Notes: a model not told the origin generated them from the letters alone. A stretch of DNA of 64,000 bases from Octopus vulgaris (GCA_951406725.2 OX597816.1:87668001-87732000); one strand, 5' to 3'; shown: positions 1-14,454, counted from the first letter of the stretch. Program-made: numbers and translations.

Positions 1-77
1 TCAGTAGAATCAACCAAAAGACACAACAGTTCCAAATTTCTTCCTTCCTGTCTTGTTTGTATACTTATTTGTTTGTA

Positions 78-136
<59 letters not shown>

Positions 137-147
137 GTGTGTCTGTT

Positions 148-194
<47 letters not shown>

Positions 195-507
195 ATGTAT
201 GTATATAAGTATATTTGTTTACTTTGTATACATACTGGTATGTATGTATGTCTATTTTTTAATGATCTTCTCTGTATATTTGTTATTATATGTATAAATG
301 TATGTTTATCTGCTTGTGTATATGTAAGCATAGTATTACAGAGCATATAATGACTCCCCCACCCCTAGCAAGCCAAACACATTATGGCAGTTCAGTTCCT
401 GGTTGTGCAAGTTTCACATGGCATTAACCTATGAGCCGTTGTCACTGAGGCTGACCAAAGCTTTGTTAGTAGATTCGGTGGGAAGAAACTGAAAGAAGCT
501 TGCCATA

Positions 508-870
508 GGTGCAGGAGTGGCTGTGTGGTAAGTAGCTTGCTTACCAACCACATGGTTCCAGGTTCAGTCCCACTGCATGGCATCTTGGGCAAGTGTCTTC
601 TATTATAACTTCGGGCCAACCAAAACCTTGTGAGTGGATTTGGTAGATGGAAAATGAAAGAGGCCTGTCATGTATAATATATGTGTCTCTGTTTGTCCCC
701 CTAACATCCCTTGACAACCAATACTGGTGTGTTTACATCCCCGTAACTTAGCGGTTCAGCAAAAGACACCGATAGAATGAGTAGTAGGCTTACAAAGAAT
801 AAGTGTGCTGCTTCAGCATGGCCGCAGTCAAATGACTGAAACAAGTAAAAGAATTAAAGAGTAAAAGAAT
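508..870 (+). mobile_element. tRNA-derived CORE-type SINE, near full length
   Basis: Head ggtgcaggagtggctgtgtggtaag (A box), ggttcagtccc (B box), CORE-like cttgggcaagtgtc, internal TA tract, 3' body ending gactgaaacaagtaaaaga. Other copies occur in the window. Confidence 0.85.
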
Positions 871-1089
871 ATGTGTTTGTATCCCCTTGTGTTGGTATCG
901 CATAATAGTTTATAACTGAGTGCCTCTGTTATACAAATGGTGTGTATCATATGTTTCCAGTATTCTGTGAGAACATGCTTGGCCATGAGGGAACCATTAT
1001 CTCGCTTGGAAACAGGTGAGGGTTGGCAACAGGAAAAGTGTCTAACCTCAGAAAATCTGCCTCAGTAAACTTTACACACACATACACAC

Positions 1090-1260
1090 ACACACACACA
1101 CAACAGGCTTCTTTCAGTTTCTGTTTTCCAAATCGACTCACAAGGTCTTATTGAAACTGGTGCTATTATAGAGTCACTTGCCAGAGGTACCATACAGTGG
1201 GGCTAAATCTGAAACCATGTCTTTGAGAAGTAAGCTTCTTACCACACTGCCATGCCTGCT
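1090..1260 (-). mobile_element. CORE-type SINE head, degenerate
   Basis: Reverse complement of the 508-660 head (ggcttctttcagtttc...cacttgccagagg...cttaccacac). Confidence 0.7.
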
Positions 1261-1357
1261 TCACGTTCAATTATTACATAAGAATCCAAGCATCACCCCA
1301 CATTTGTTCCATACAATTTCTTTCTCCTTCTGTCTCTATTTCATCTTTTCTACTCTT

Positions 1358-1535
1358 AAGCACAAGGCCCAAAATTTTGCGGGAGGGAACCGGTCGATTA
1401 GATCGCCTACAGTATGCAACTGGCACTTAAATTTATCGACCCCAAAAGTAAGGAAGGCAAAGTCGACCTCGGCAGTATTTGAACTCAGAACATAAAGACA
1501 GAAGAAACACTGCTAAGCATTCTGTCCGGTGTGCT
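1358..1535 (-). mobile_element. Meta-domain SINE fragment
   Basis: aaggcaaagtcgacctcggcagtatttgaactcagaac matches the family best represented at 33239-33470. Confidence 0.75.
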
Positions 1536-2432
1536 ATTGTCTCTCTCTATCTCATATTACCTTTTAGTTATGACCTCAATTAAACCTAATGATTCCCAAA
1601 TATCAATAAGAGTATTAACCTTGGTTTTGGAAGGCCTTTGAAGGCCAGGATACAAGCCAACCCCCCTGAGATTAAAACAAAAAAAAAAAAACTTGAATTA
1701 TAAAAGAATATGCCCTTGATGCTCCATCTTCTCTTCCCAAAACACATCCTAGATATAGTTATCCTCTCCCTAAACCCGGAGGGTGGCCTTGCTCCCATCT
1801 TAGAAAAAAAATAAAAATCAATAACCCTGGCGGTAATCTATTGATGTTTTATGAAGATGGTGGTGGTGGAGGTGGTTATTATTTTTGTTTGTTGGTTCCA
1901 AAGAATATGTAGAATTATCACAATGGTAGTAACTGTAGAAGTAGTAGTTTTAAAGGTGGTGGCTGTGAGGGTGGTGGTGGTGGTGGTGGTGGTGGTTGTA
2001 GTAATTGTAATGGCACTGTAGAACATTGGCAAGAGGCGAAGTATTATATATGTGATTTGGTGGGTGGTATCTAGCACGAAGTGAGGTGTACTCATGCAGG
2101 CACTTGTGTGTGTGTGTGTATACACACACACACACGCACATATATATGTACACGCACAGTGCATACCACACATGCGCACTCACAGATGTATGCATGCACA
2201 CACACACACACACACAAAACCCACTGTTTAATCTCCATCAAGTTGACATTCACCCAAACTTTGATATTTTATATCACTGAATATAATAAACTAGCATGGG
2301 AAAGCTTGGCTTTACTTCCTCCTTATGGTCTGTTTCGTGTGTGTGTGTGTGTGTGTGTGTGTGAGTGTGCATGCGTGTGTCTCTGTGTGTTTGCTCATAA
2401 ATATGTCTTATGAATATGTTTGTTAGTTGCGA

Positions 2433-2463
<31 letters not shown>

Positions 2464-2503
2464 GTGTCTGAATGTGTAGATATTTTGTGCATGTGTATGT
2501 TTG

Positions 2504-2593
<90 letters not shown>

Positions 2594-3398
2594 AATAGGT
2601 AGGGAGATAGAGTGATCGGTATATAGGTTTATACATGTATATGTGTGTGTGTGTATATATATATATATATAGATAGATGTGTGTATTTGCATGTTTGTGT
2701 GCACATCCGCACACATGTACATAGATGCATATGCATGCAAATACATGCACACATAATGTACATACACACATTTATATACATACATAGATACATATGTATA
2801 TATATATACACACACAATACATATATTATTAATATACATGTTTGTGTGTATTTGGAATGGGTTTGCATTTATTTCTATACACACATGCGAATGTGAGGAT
2901 GTTTATGCACACACACTTGGTTTTGTGTACATGGAACTATAAACACATTTGCAATATACATGCATGCCTTCACATATGCATTCAGTGTGCATTGTATGAA
3001 TGTGGATGTGCTTGTTAATTGCATAAGTGACATGAGCAATGGAGTTTTAATTTGATATTGGTACCAGGTTGGGAATTTCGTTTCCTGGGAGAGTTTAAGG
3101 TGTTTGCCAATGCACATATTACAAAAATACAACAATAATAATAAAAATATAAATCATTGCATTAATAATGATGATGATGATGATGATGACGATGATGATT
3201 ATTTATATTTGCCACCAGGGCAAGGGATGAGAATACATTGCAAAAATACATTATAAAAATCGGTGGGATTTGGCACTGAATTGATTATAAAAAATATGAA
3301 ATGAGAAGTTCCAGTAGCAAAAAAAACTTTCATCTGGGCCCAATCAAAGAACTCTTTAGATTTATGATTGCCTCTCCTAGCTGTGTTCTCTACCCTAA

Positions 3399-3609
3399 CC
3401 CTTTATTATTTAAACCAGCCATATCTGGCCAAAATATCTGAGCCGCTTTATGGCCAAATCTGGTTACTCGTGTCTACCCTATCTGTCATTCTAAAAATAT
3501 ACTATGCCATCACTGAAATCTCAAAGTTATGATGTAATGCATGATTAATTCAAAACAATGTGAATAAAAAAAGCAATACATTTAACAAACGAATCTGAAT
3601 GCTAAAGGG
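3399..3609 (-). mobile_element. piggyBac-type MITE family A
   Basis: CCCTTTA... to ...ATGCTAAAGGG, flanked by ctaa/ttag (decayed TTAA); reverse complement of 49410-49615. Confidence 0.75.
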
Positions 3610-3613
3610 TTAG

Positions 3614-4176
3614 CCCTTTTTGTTAGCATATTTCTGTTGAGATGCTCTGTGTTTCAATTAATTTTAAATCATCATCATCGTTTAACGTCCGTTTTTCATG
3701 CTAGCATGGGTTGGACGGTTCGACCGGGGTCTGAGAAGCCAGGAGGCTGCTCTAACCTCCAGTCTGATCTGGCAGTGTTTTTATGGCTGGATGCCCTTCC
3801 TAACGCCAACCACTCCGTGAATGTAGTGGGTGCTTTTTACGTGCCACCGGCACAGGGGCCAGAGGAGGCTAGCAAATGGCCACAATCAGTTGGTGCTTTT
3901 TACATGTCACTGACATAGATGCCAGTCAGGCAGCGCTGGCATCAGCCGCGTTCAGATGGTGCTTTTTACGTGCCACCGGCACGGGTATCTTAACTACAAT
4001 TTTCATTTGATTTTTATTTTGATGTTGGTGTTGACATAAAAAAAAAAAGTAAAATAACTTAGTTATCATTAAGCTAGTGTTAAGAACATAAATTGTGACT
4101 AAGGTTTGGCAGAAAATTTTAATTCAGAACTTTTGAATACAAGAGGCAGTTTCAGGCAGGTTGGTATCAAAAAGGG
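3614..4176 (-). mobile_element. piggyBac-type MITE family B, interrupted by an RTE 3'UTR copy
   Basis: Starts CCCTTT directly after MITE A and ends AAAGGG-TTAA; both halves match 15759-15978 in reverse. Confidence 0.72.
3670..4020 (-). mobile_element. 5'-truncated RTE LINE 3'UTR copy with (GAT)n tail
   Basis: catcatcatcgtttaacgtccgttttt-catgctagcatgggttggacgg...ggatgcccttcctaacgccaacc, with internal gtgctttttacgtgccaccggcac repeats. The family is linked to RTE ORF2 at 43720-44157. Confidence 0.82.
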
Positions 4177-4298
4177 TTAAAAATACCCCTTATATATTTG
4201 ACCATGTATCTTAGATCTGACCACATAACTTCCATGTTTCACATCGAAGAAATGCTTGACTGTTATTTTCTCTGTTAACACACAGTTACAGTCCAGAT

Positions 4299-4484
4299 CA
4301 GTGCTCTACAACCGGTATGTCACAGCACACTGGTGTGCCAGGGGACGATGCTAGGTGTGCCACAGTGTAACCTGAATATAATTTTTTTCCCGATGCTTTT
4401 AGTTATATTTTTAGTATAGGTGTGCTTCTAAATGTTGAAAAGAATATAAATGTATCGCAAGTGAAAAAGTGTTGTGGAGCATGG
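4299..4484. mobile_element. hAT-type MITE
   Basis: Imperfect TIRs cagtgctctacaac / gttgtggagcatgg; decayed 8-bp TSD gtccagat/gtctaaag. Confidence 0.55.
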
Positions 4485-6206
4485 GTCTAAAGTGCTACCA
4501 TTTCTGACAACTTGGAGGAACCTTCTTTAATGCAGTCTGTTGATCTGTTAGAAATAGCACAACCTTTAAAAGCAAATACATTGGGTGAAAAATACGAACT
4601 TCACCACCTGTGGAATTAAAACTTATAGGTTTAGAAGGTGAAAGTTGTAGTTGGGGACAAAAGGTTGTGAATTTTGTGCACTAGAAGAAGCTACTGTTCT
4701 TGCAATAATTCTCTACAAAGCCCTATAATCAAAGACATTTCATCTATGACCTCTTTGTTTTTTCACACATATATCTAGGACTGTTATTATATGTATAAAT
4801 GTATGTTTATCTGCTTGTGTATATGTAAGCATAGTATTCACTGTTCTCGGCTTGTTAATGGCTAGGTGTTTCAGATGAGTAAACACTGGCATTGATGTTG
4901 AGACATTTGAGATTTTGTCTTGGTGAATCTAGCTGATGAGAACTAATCAAATTTACCCTAACAAACGTAATTTGGAAATTTCGAAACCTAGGTCCACACA
5001 CACACATATGTGAATGTATATCCTTTACCATTTTGAAGTGATTTATTTGACTGTTATTTCTTGCAATTCAAGTGAGCACATTGAAGTTCATATCTTGGCT
5101 CAAATAGTTAACTAGTTTGATGATGATGATGATCATGATCATGATTGATGACCACAAACAAGGCTAAGGCAAGAGTAACTGGTGGTGGTGTGGGCGAGGA
5201 TAAAGAAGATAATGATTAATAAAAGTTAATGGTTTCAGTGTTTTATTATAATTTTATTCACATTTGGGTCACTTTACAGGAATATTAAATTAACCCTGGT
5301 AGTTGATTTGGTACTTGCACCTTCTTGGCTCCAGAAGGATGAAAGGCAAAGTTGACCTCAGCAGGATTTGAACTCCGAACGTTAAAAGGCTGTAACTAAA
5401 TATCACAGGAATTTTGTTCTGAGGGAGAGAAGAGTAAGAGGAGGAGGAGGATCATTCTGCTAATGATTCTGCCAATTCACATTGGTGAGGGTGGTGGTGG
5501 TGATGTTGATGATGAAAAAAAAAAAATCTGCGTTGTAACAGGTGAATAAGATCAATCAACACTACATTGTTGTGTTCAACACTACATTGTTGTGTTTCAA
5601 AAAAGAAGAAGAACAACAACAACAACAAGAACAGGAATATTCTCTATGTCATATTTCTATGACAAATGGTTATGATATGATGATTGCCTTGTTGAAAGCT
5701 AGTGTGTGCGTGTATGTGCTCTGAGGTGGGGGGAAGAAAAATAGAAAGAAAGAGAGGAAGCACCTCCATGAACACCGACATCATCACCAAAACACTGGCA
5801 ACAGATAACCTAAATTACACTTTTGAGAAGAGAAGAATGAAAAATACCAAAGGTTGTGGAACATCAATGGAAAATATAGAAAAATGTCAACACATTATTA
5901 TCATTATCATCATCATTATTATCATTGTTATTATTATTATTATATTATTATTATTATTATTATTATCATTATTCATTGTAGTTCTTATTATTATTTCTTA
6001 GCATTGTTGTTGTTTTATTAATATTTTTGAATATCTATTGTATTTTGTTATTTACAGGAATTTCAATGACTTTAGCTTCTTGTTGTTGTTGTTACTATCC
6101 TTGTCTAATTCCAATATTTATTAAATGCTCCTTTCCCCACTTACCTGTTGCCCTTGTGGCAAATAAAGAAGTTATTATTAAATTATTATTATTATTATTA
6201 TTATAA

Positions 6207-6646
6207 AGGCAGCGGAGCTGACCGAATCATTAGCACACTGCAATTACAATCTGAGTTCAAATTCCACTGAGGTCGACTTTGCGTTTCATCCTTTCAGGGT
6301 CGCTTAAATAAGCACCAGTTTACACACTCGGGTTGATGTAATCGACTTAATCCCTTTCCCCAAATTTGAGGCCTCGTGCTTCCAGAAAGAATTCATCATC
6401 ATCATCAGCATCATTTAGCGTCCGTTTTCCATGCTAGCATGGGTTGGACAGTTTAACTGGGGTCTGTGAAGCCGGAAGGCTTCATCAGGCCCAGTCAGAT
6501 CTGGCAGTGTTTCTACGGCTGGATGCCCTTCCTAACGCCAACCACTCCGTGAGTGTAGTGGGTGCTTTTTACGTGCCACCTGCACAGGTGCCAGACACAG
6601 CTGGTAAACGGCCACGAATGGATGGTGTTTTTACGTGCCACCAGCA

Positions 6647-6689
<43 letters not shown>

Positions 6690-7070
6690 ATAAAAGTTGA
6701 CCTTGCTTTTCATCCATTTGGGGTCGATGAATTAATTACCTGTTAAGCACTGGTGTCAATGTAATCAACTAGCCAACTTCCACAAAATTTTAGGCCTTGT
6801 GCCTATAATTGGAAGGGTTATTATTATTATTATGATTATTATTATTATTATTATTAGGGCAGTGAGCTTGCAAAATTGTTAGCACGCTGGACAAAATGTT
6901 TAGCAATATTTCGCCCGTCACTACATTCTGGGTTCAAATTCCACTGACATTGACTTTGCCTTTACTTTCTGGGTTGAAAAATTTAGTACCAGTGAAACAC
7001 TGGGGTCAATGTAATCGACTAGCCCCCTCCCCACCAAATTTAGGCTTTGTGCTTTCAGTAGAAAGGATTA
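6207..7070. mobile_element. Cluster of Meta-domain SINE copies (+; ~6207-6390, ~6695-6820, ~6857-7070) and an RTE 3'UTR copy (-; ~6393-6648), separated by (TAT)n
   Basis: Family motifs gagttcaaattcc...gtcgactttgc..ttcatcctttc and catcatttagcgtccgttttccatgctagcatggg. Confidence 0.8.
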
Positions 7071-7757
7071 TTTTTATTATTGCTATTAAATGAAATGCTT
7101 GATATGTGGTGTAATTTGGCCAGATCACCAAGATTAATGATAGCAAATGGTCTGGGATTAAATTCAGCATGGTCATTCTCAGTTTGAGAAGAGCTGAGAA
7201 CTTTATAGCTGATTAGGTGGGCAGAGGTGGAAAATATACATATATTGCTCCTGTTATTTATCACTGCCTTATTTTGCCACAGATTTCATCTAAGTTGGAA
7301 CATCTGTTCTTTTACATTGGTGATAAGGTCTGCTTGTGGCTAGCACCACCAGCTGTAGAGGGTTTGGAATGTTGTCATGGCTGATCATGCTTAGATTTAC
7401 TGGTATAGATGTAACTGTGTGGGTGAGAATGTTGCTTCCCGATCACATCATTTGGGGTTTAGTCTCACCACAGAGAATCTCAGACCAGTGTCTTCTGTTA
7501 TAGCAAAGAGTTTAGCAAAGCTTTGTGAGTAGATTGTTTGTGTGTGTGTGTGTGCGCACATGTGCATGCATGTTCATGCATGTTCATGTGTGTATTTGTA
7601 TAAACGTGTGTGTATGTTTGCATCTTGTTTTTACATTGTGAGGGCAACAGGATGACATATAGCCATCACTATCCCTCTTCCATTACTCCCTCCTCTTTTC
7701 ATTTTTCTTACCCATTGCTTTGTGTATCCAGTCATACTCAACTATCCTCTCTTGTCC

Positions 7758-7793
<36 letters not shown>

Positions 7794-8209
7794 AGAAGTT
7801 GCTTTAAATGACCAAACACAGCATAGAATAGAGCAAACTTTTTAGTTTTCCATTGGACACGGCAGCCTTTCTAGTACTGGCGCCATGATAAAATATACCC
7901 ACTACACTCCTGTAAACTGATTTGGCATTAAGAAGGTCATCTACCTTTAGAAACCATAAATCACATGAATGAAACAGTCCTTGACCAGTGTAGGAGGGTT
8001 GTATTCCAAATAAGAATTGATTCTGACCTTTCCAGCTGGGAATGCAGGTGTTCAATGATGATGATTGATAATGATGATTCCTCTATCCTGGCAATAATGC
8101 CCTATTATTGGCCAGCATCAATGGACAGAAGAAAACTTATGTTTGTCTTTGTTTTTTCTTTTTCTCTTTGAGCTTAAAGAGAATTGTTTGTGTGTGTGTG
8201 TACATATGT

Positions 8210-8510
8210 AAAGGGTAAATACCCCCTTTGCTTATGAATGATTGTGAGAACCTAGAAGTTCCCCTCTGAGGCACACATCTGAACAAGGTTATTTATGGAA
8301 GACCAGTAGTTGCCCATGCATACCAGCCTCCTCTCTCCATGCTACCGATGTTATCCAAGAGAAAGGCAAAGGCTGATACAGCTTGGCACCATTAACTGGA
8401 GCAACATGAAATAAAGTGTCTTGTTCAAGAACACAACACACAGCCCAGTTTGAGAATCGAACTCACTACCTCATAATAGTGAGTCTAACGCTCTAACAAC
8501 TTAGCCATCT
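8210..8510 (-). mobile_element. tRNA-derived SINE (second CORE-like family)
   Basis: Reverse strand begins atggctaagttgttagagcgttagactcac...gtgagttcgattctc (A/B boxes), then tgtgttcttgaacaagacactttatttc. Confidence 0.65.
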
Positions 8511-8809
8511 CTTTGTATATACATTTATATATCTTGTTCTTTTTTGTCTTGCAACTTACTTGGTAACTTCATGACTACCAGTGGCAGAAAATAAGTACCT
8601 AGTACACATTGTAAAGTGGTCAGCATTAGGAAGAGTATCCAGCCCTAGAAAGTCTACCAATGCTGACATTTGAACTCAGCGCAGCCCTGTTGGCTTGCTG
8701 GATCCTGAAACCATCCAACCTATGCCACCTTGGAAGACAGCTGTTAAAAGATGCTAACTACACCAATGCTAAGCATTCACACTTTCAAACACACATTCAT
8801 GCATATGTA

Positions 8810-9200
8810 CATCATCATCATTTAACATCTGTTGTCCTGGGCTGGACAGTTTGACCAGGGCTGGCAAGTGTTGAGGGGCTATACTGGACTCCAGTTTGAT
8901 TTGGCATGGTTTCTAGGGTTGGATGCCCTTCCCAATGCCAACCACTCAAAGAGTGTAATGGATGCTTTTAGGTGCTACCAGTACAGGTGTTATTTGCATG
9001 ACTCCAGAATCTTACCATGACTATGACATAATGTCAAAGGTCTCGGTCATTTGTCATTGCCTCTGTAAGGCCCAACGCTCAAAAGGTGCTTTTTACATAC
9101 ATTTGCCACATTGCTTCTGTGAGACCCAATACTCAAAAGGTGCCGGTTACATGGCACCAGCATCAGCCATAACTACGATTTCATTTAGCTTGATGGGTCT
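8810..9200 (-). mobile_element. RTE 3'UTR copy, diverged
   Basis: catcatcatttaacatctg...ggatgcccttcccaatgccaaccactc, with internal aaaaggtgc repeats. Confidence 0.65.
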
Positions 9201-12200
9201 TTTATTTATGCATGTATGTAAGCGTAAGGCCCACAAATTTGAGGTGAGCAGGTTAGATGATTATTTTACCTAACCTAGAAAGATAAAAAGCAAAGCAGGC
9301 CTGGATGAGATTTGAACTCATATGTGAAGAGACTGAACAAATACTGCAAAGCATTTTGTCAGGTGCTGCTACCAGTTTTGTGAATCCACTGCTGCACACT
9401 CACACACATTTTGTACTTGTTGGTTTGTAGTTATATTTTATCTTTTTGTGTCTATGTATGTGTATATTATAATTATCATCATCATCATCGTTTGATGATA
9501 TGAGTGTGTGTATGAATGTAGACACACAGATACACATACATATATATATTAGATGTTTCTGTGTGCTTATGTATACCTGTTTCAATGTATGTATACGTGA
9601 TATCATATTTGCCAGTGATAAAGATATACATCTCCCTATACGGAATCCTGCATGCCATAAGTCTGTCACGTTTTCAATTATATAGCATGTTTAAACACTG
9701 CCTTTCTGCTCTCTCTCTCTCTCTCTCAAACACACACGCACACTAACTCCATTCCAGATTAGATTGAAAATCAGACATTCAGACACAGCAACACACACTA
9801 TTACACACCTCCTAGAATTTAGAAAATTGCATGTTCACACATTTACTCCCCACACATATTCACGCACACTGTGACAGACATCTTGGTTAGTTTAATTTGA
9901 ACTTCTTTTTTTATCATTTTTTTGCATCTGGTGACATACTTTATAAGATATATACATTGGCAACGGCACCTTTTTGCACATATACACACTCATACACATG
10001 GGTGAATATTTTTTCTTTATATACCACTTTTCAATATATCTGTTTTATATTCCAATTCCGTTCTAATATATTCTTCTACCTACCACCATCATCATCAATT
10101 TCTTTTACCGTGCTGGCACAGATAGGATAGGTTAGCAATATAGCATCTTTCCTCTCCGTCAGACTCCATCTTCCAGCTTCTCATCTGTGATATAAATCAA
10201 CTGAGATCCAACAAAACTGCTGCTTCCCAAGTAATTATACCTTGAAGGTGGTGGAGAGAGAAAATAATGAAAAAAACTAGAATCCTATGTCGCTAGTCGC
10301 AGTCCATGATGGTGAAAACGTTGATAAAAATACCTAACTAATGATGATACTTTTACGTAGTTGCTAGATATAGCAGCTAAAATCTCTTTCAAACCATTCC
10401 ATATCATTTAAAAAAACAACAACAAAAATTTAAAGATTATTCCTTGAAAATATTGTCATAGTATTAATGGCTTGAGTACCTTTTAATTATAAATAACCTT
10501 AAGGTGGCAGAATCGTTAGCATGCCAGGTAAAACACTTAATATTTCACCCATCTACATATGCTGAGTTCAAATTCTGTCAAGGTTGACTTTGCATTTCAT
10601 CCTTTTGGGTTGATAAAATAAGTACCAGTTGAATACTGAAGTATTATACGAATTTTACCAACTGTTGCTTACCTATAAATACCATATAATTTCTCTGGAT
10701 TTTCTTTTCTTTGCCTTGCATGGTCTGTTACTGTCTACTTTAGTTATCTGCCACCACAATCTGAATTGCCAGATAGTTTGACCGAGACAGTTGCATGAAC
10801 CTTCCCCAGTCTGGTACACCAGTGACACTGCACAATTGTTCTAATGCAAACATTTTAAAACATAAGAAGAAAAAAAAAAAATACAATTAGCCTTTTATCT
10901 TTGAGAAAAATATAATTATTTGGGGTTTCTCTCTAAGTGTGTCCATGCTCTTACGTAAGCATGTTTGCAAATGTGTGCATCTGTTTAAATATCACAGCAA
11001 CTCTAGTCTTAAGTGGACAATTAGCATTTCCACATATATACTTTTGATTACCAGTAGCTTCAAACTTAACTCCCTCATTAAAGCAAAATTGAAAAAAAGA
11101 AAACATTGTGTGTAAGAGGATATGTGTGTGTATATATGCATGTGTGAATAGTGTTTGTAATAAATACGCTATATATTTATGGTTGTTTGTGTGCATATAG
11201 AGAAAGAAGATGGATTGTTTTTCCTTGGTAGTGATTTGTTGTATGTAAGGACTTTGTTGTAGTTGTGTGTCCCATGCTGCTACTTAAGATAAGTTTGCCT
11301 CTGAAGAGTTTGTGACTGAAGTGTTTTGTAGAGGAAATGGAAATGGGACTACTTGATAGTTGGCAATAAAACTAATTAACACACACTTGCATATAAATAT
11401 GCGTATGTATATATTTATATATACAGTAGTCCAAATCTTCAGCTTATATGTATATGTATACATATCATAAGCTGAAGATTTTCAATTATTTTACATTTCA
11501 GTTAAGGACAGTAGCATGACAGTATATAAGCAAAGATATTCATAAACACATCAAACAATGATGTGTGACTGAGACTTGATTAGTTCCCTTCAAACCATTG
11601 GCACATTCCTTACACAGTTATCGGTTTTTGAAAGCAAGGCAAGTGACTAGGGTTAATGAGATTTCAATTATAATGAAAAATTAAATGCATTTTTTTTTCA
11701 TTTAAACTAAACCTTCCTGCAAAATTTCAGGCGCTCTGACTATAGTGTAAAGAATTACATTATGATATAGTGTAAAAATACTAAATTACTGTTATAAGGA
11801 AATTATGATACTATTCTGTTGTGTCTGGGGAGAGTCATTTTCTTTTTGGGCCTTATAATGTAACACACTCACCGGTAAAATTTCCACTTTTTTCTTATTT
11901 TTATTTTCCTAAAATTTTCGTTGCATCTTGCAACCTTTTCAATAGTCTTGACACTCCAAAAATGAAATGTGATACTATTGTAAGGTTAAATTCTATTGGA
12001 GTTTTCTTTCTCTTATTTCATGGGGTGAGTCGAGGGGCATTGGATTTTTTAAAACTAAAACAACCAATCAATAAACTGTGCTGCTCTGCCTTACAAGTAA
12101 TGTTGGACTAATCATAAAAATAGACTTTATTTATTATTCATCCTCATATAGCTTTAATATGGTTGACTGACTTTTCTGAGGTGGGTGGCTAGAACTTGTA

Positions 12201-13154
12201 AATGAAGTCAATCTAAAACACATTCCATTATTTTTAATTTCTTTCAGCTTTTGAGTTTAGACCTTGCTTAGGCTGACTTAAGCATTAATTCATCAAAGTC
12301 AATAAAATAACTGCAGTTTCTGTGCTTGGTGTAAGTTCAGTCCTGTATTTCTCTCCAAGCTCATGTGTCACATACATTGCCAGTATAAGACCCCATTATT
12401 TCATGCTGTTCTTCTTAGTATTTTCAAATCCTACTGAGATTAACTTCTCTTTCCATTGTGGGAAGAAATATATCACTAATCTCTTGTTGGGTTGTCCAAT
12501 AACTGGGTAGGCCTGACACATCATTGTTACCACCACCATCACCAAAACCTATTCATTTGGCTCTCTTGAACGGTCTTCATTCTTGTTACTAGCATTCGGA
12601 CATTAACCTTTGTGTTCAGCATTGATCACATCAATCACTCAGTCTGAAAAAAAAAATAATAAAAAGTTGCAAAAGTTGTGGGCACTGCCTTTCGTTTTAT
12701 GAATAACAGAAAAAAAGAGAAGCCCTTTCACTTCATCCATTAGAAAAGGTGACACTAAGAGAGAAGACAAGAGAAAGACAGAAAGGGAGAGAGAGAGAGA
12801 AGGCAGTGAGTGAGAGACAACATGGGAGGACAAAAGAAATATGTATGTATGGATGGATGGATAGATGAACTTTGTATTGATGTAAAAAATTTTATGTATT
12901 AATGAAAATGTAGATAAATATTAATCACTGTGCACTTTCATCACCTTCAGCTGGGATTCATCATCATATATATATTTGAGTTAGAAAACAGAGAAATCTA
13001 TCAATTAGATCCATTTTCTAACTTGATAATGTTTGATATTTTACAATATTTTATTTAATATATTAAGCCAGTGTATCTTGGATAAATATCCCTATAAGCG
13101 GTTTAAATATCCTCATTGTGACTATGTGTGTGTGTGTCTCTATCTGTCTGCGTA

Positions 13155-13215
<61 letters not shown>

Positions 13216-13769
13216 CTGTGTATAAATAGATAGATAGATAGATATATAATTATATATATAAAATACCTCCTTTCTTTATTTCTGTCTGCTTGGTTCTGCC
13301 TTTAATTACAGGTGCTTCACCCAAGAATGCACTGACCTGTTTCTCACCTGCAATCAATGTGAGGTGACTCAAAATCTGTATAAAAATATTCTAAAGGCAG
13401 CACATGATCTCTTACCTTTGTAGTGGTGGCAGCAGTAGTAATTGTGCTTGTTGTAGTTGTCCTTGTGTGTTTGTGGCAGGGTTTTACTGAACAGCACATG
13501 GTTAATTAAACCTACTACAGTCTGTTACAAGGAAATGGCAGCAGTAAAATGTAAATGTGGGAGACATGGCGACTGTGATGCTAAGTTGCATGACTACTGA
13601 CTACCAGGTCATCAGTTTACAGTTTACGCACACATAATATACACATGCATGTGTACGCTTGCCACACACACATACATGCACTTGGTACTAAGATAATACA
13701 TGGCTGTATAGGGTCCATTATAATTAAACCCAGTGAGGGTTATTTTTTTAATTTTTTTTTTCACTAAAA

Positions 13770-14185
13770 GGTGCAGGCATGACTGTGGTAAGAAGCTTGC
13801 TTCCCAACCACAAGATTCCATGTTCAGTTCCACTTCATGGTACCTTGGGCAAGTGTCTTCTACTATAGCCTCGGGCCTACCAAAGCCTCATCGGTCTATT
13901 TGGTAGACAGAAACTGAAAGAAGCCCATCATATATATATAGATGTATATTTATATAGTTATATATTTATGTCTGTTTGTCCCCCCACCTCCACCATCACT
14001 TGACAACTGATGTTGGTGTGTTTACATCCCTGTAACTTAGCGGTTTTGCAAAAGAGACCAATAAAATAAGTAATTAGGCTTATAAAGAATAAGTCCTGGA
14101 GTTGATTTCTTCAACTAAAACACTTTAAGGCAGTGAACCAGCATGGCAGCAGTCAAATGATGGAAACATGTAAACGAGTAAAAGA
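13770..14185 (+). mobile_element. CORE-type SINE, full length
   Basis: ggtgcaggcatgactgtggtaagaagcttgcttcccaacc...accttgggcaagtgtcttctactatagcctcggg...cagtcaaatga; same family as 508-870. Confidence 0.85.
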
Positions 14186-14454
14186 AAACTGCCCACAAAA
14201 TATGTAAATAATGAATTATTTGAGGCTGCAACATAAACCTAAAGAATAAAAGAGAGAGGGATGGAGAGAGAGGAGAGAGAGAGTGAGAGATGATGGTGGT
14301 GGTGGGCATGGTTGTTGACTGTGATACACTCTGAAAGTAAATACATAAGTGCTGTGTAATAGGACTGAACCCAAAACTATATGGATGAGAAGCTACCTTC
14401 CTACCACACAGCTGTGTTTATACGTATTATGTATGTGCATAACTGCCACCCATG

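Noticed and set aside
5556-5595. 20-bp tandem duplication tcaacactacattgttgtgt x2
   Set aside because: Ordinary short slippage duplication with no further structure.
13311-13362. Candidate upstream exon after a pyrimidine tract (ttacag|GTGCTT)
   Set aside because: No signal-peptide or Sema-like translation in any frame, and only weak donor sites.
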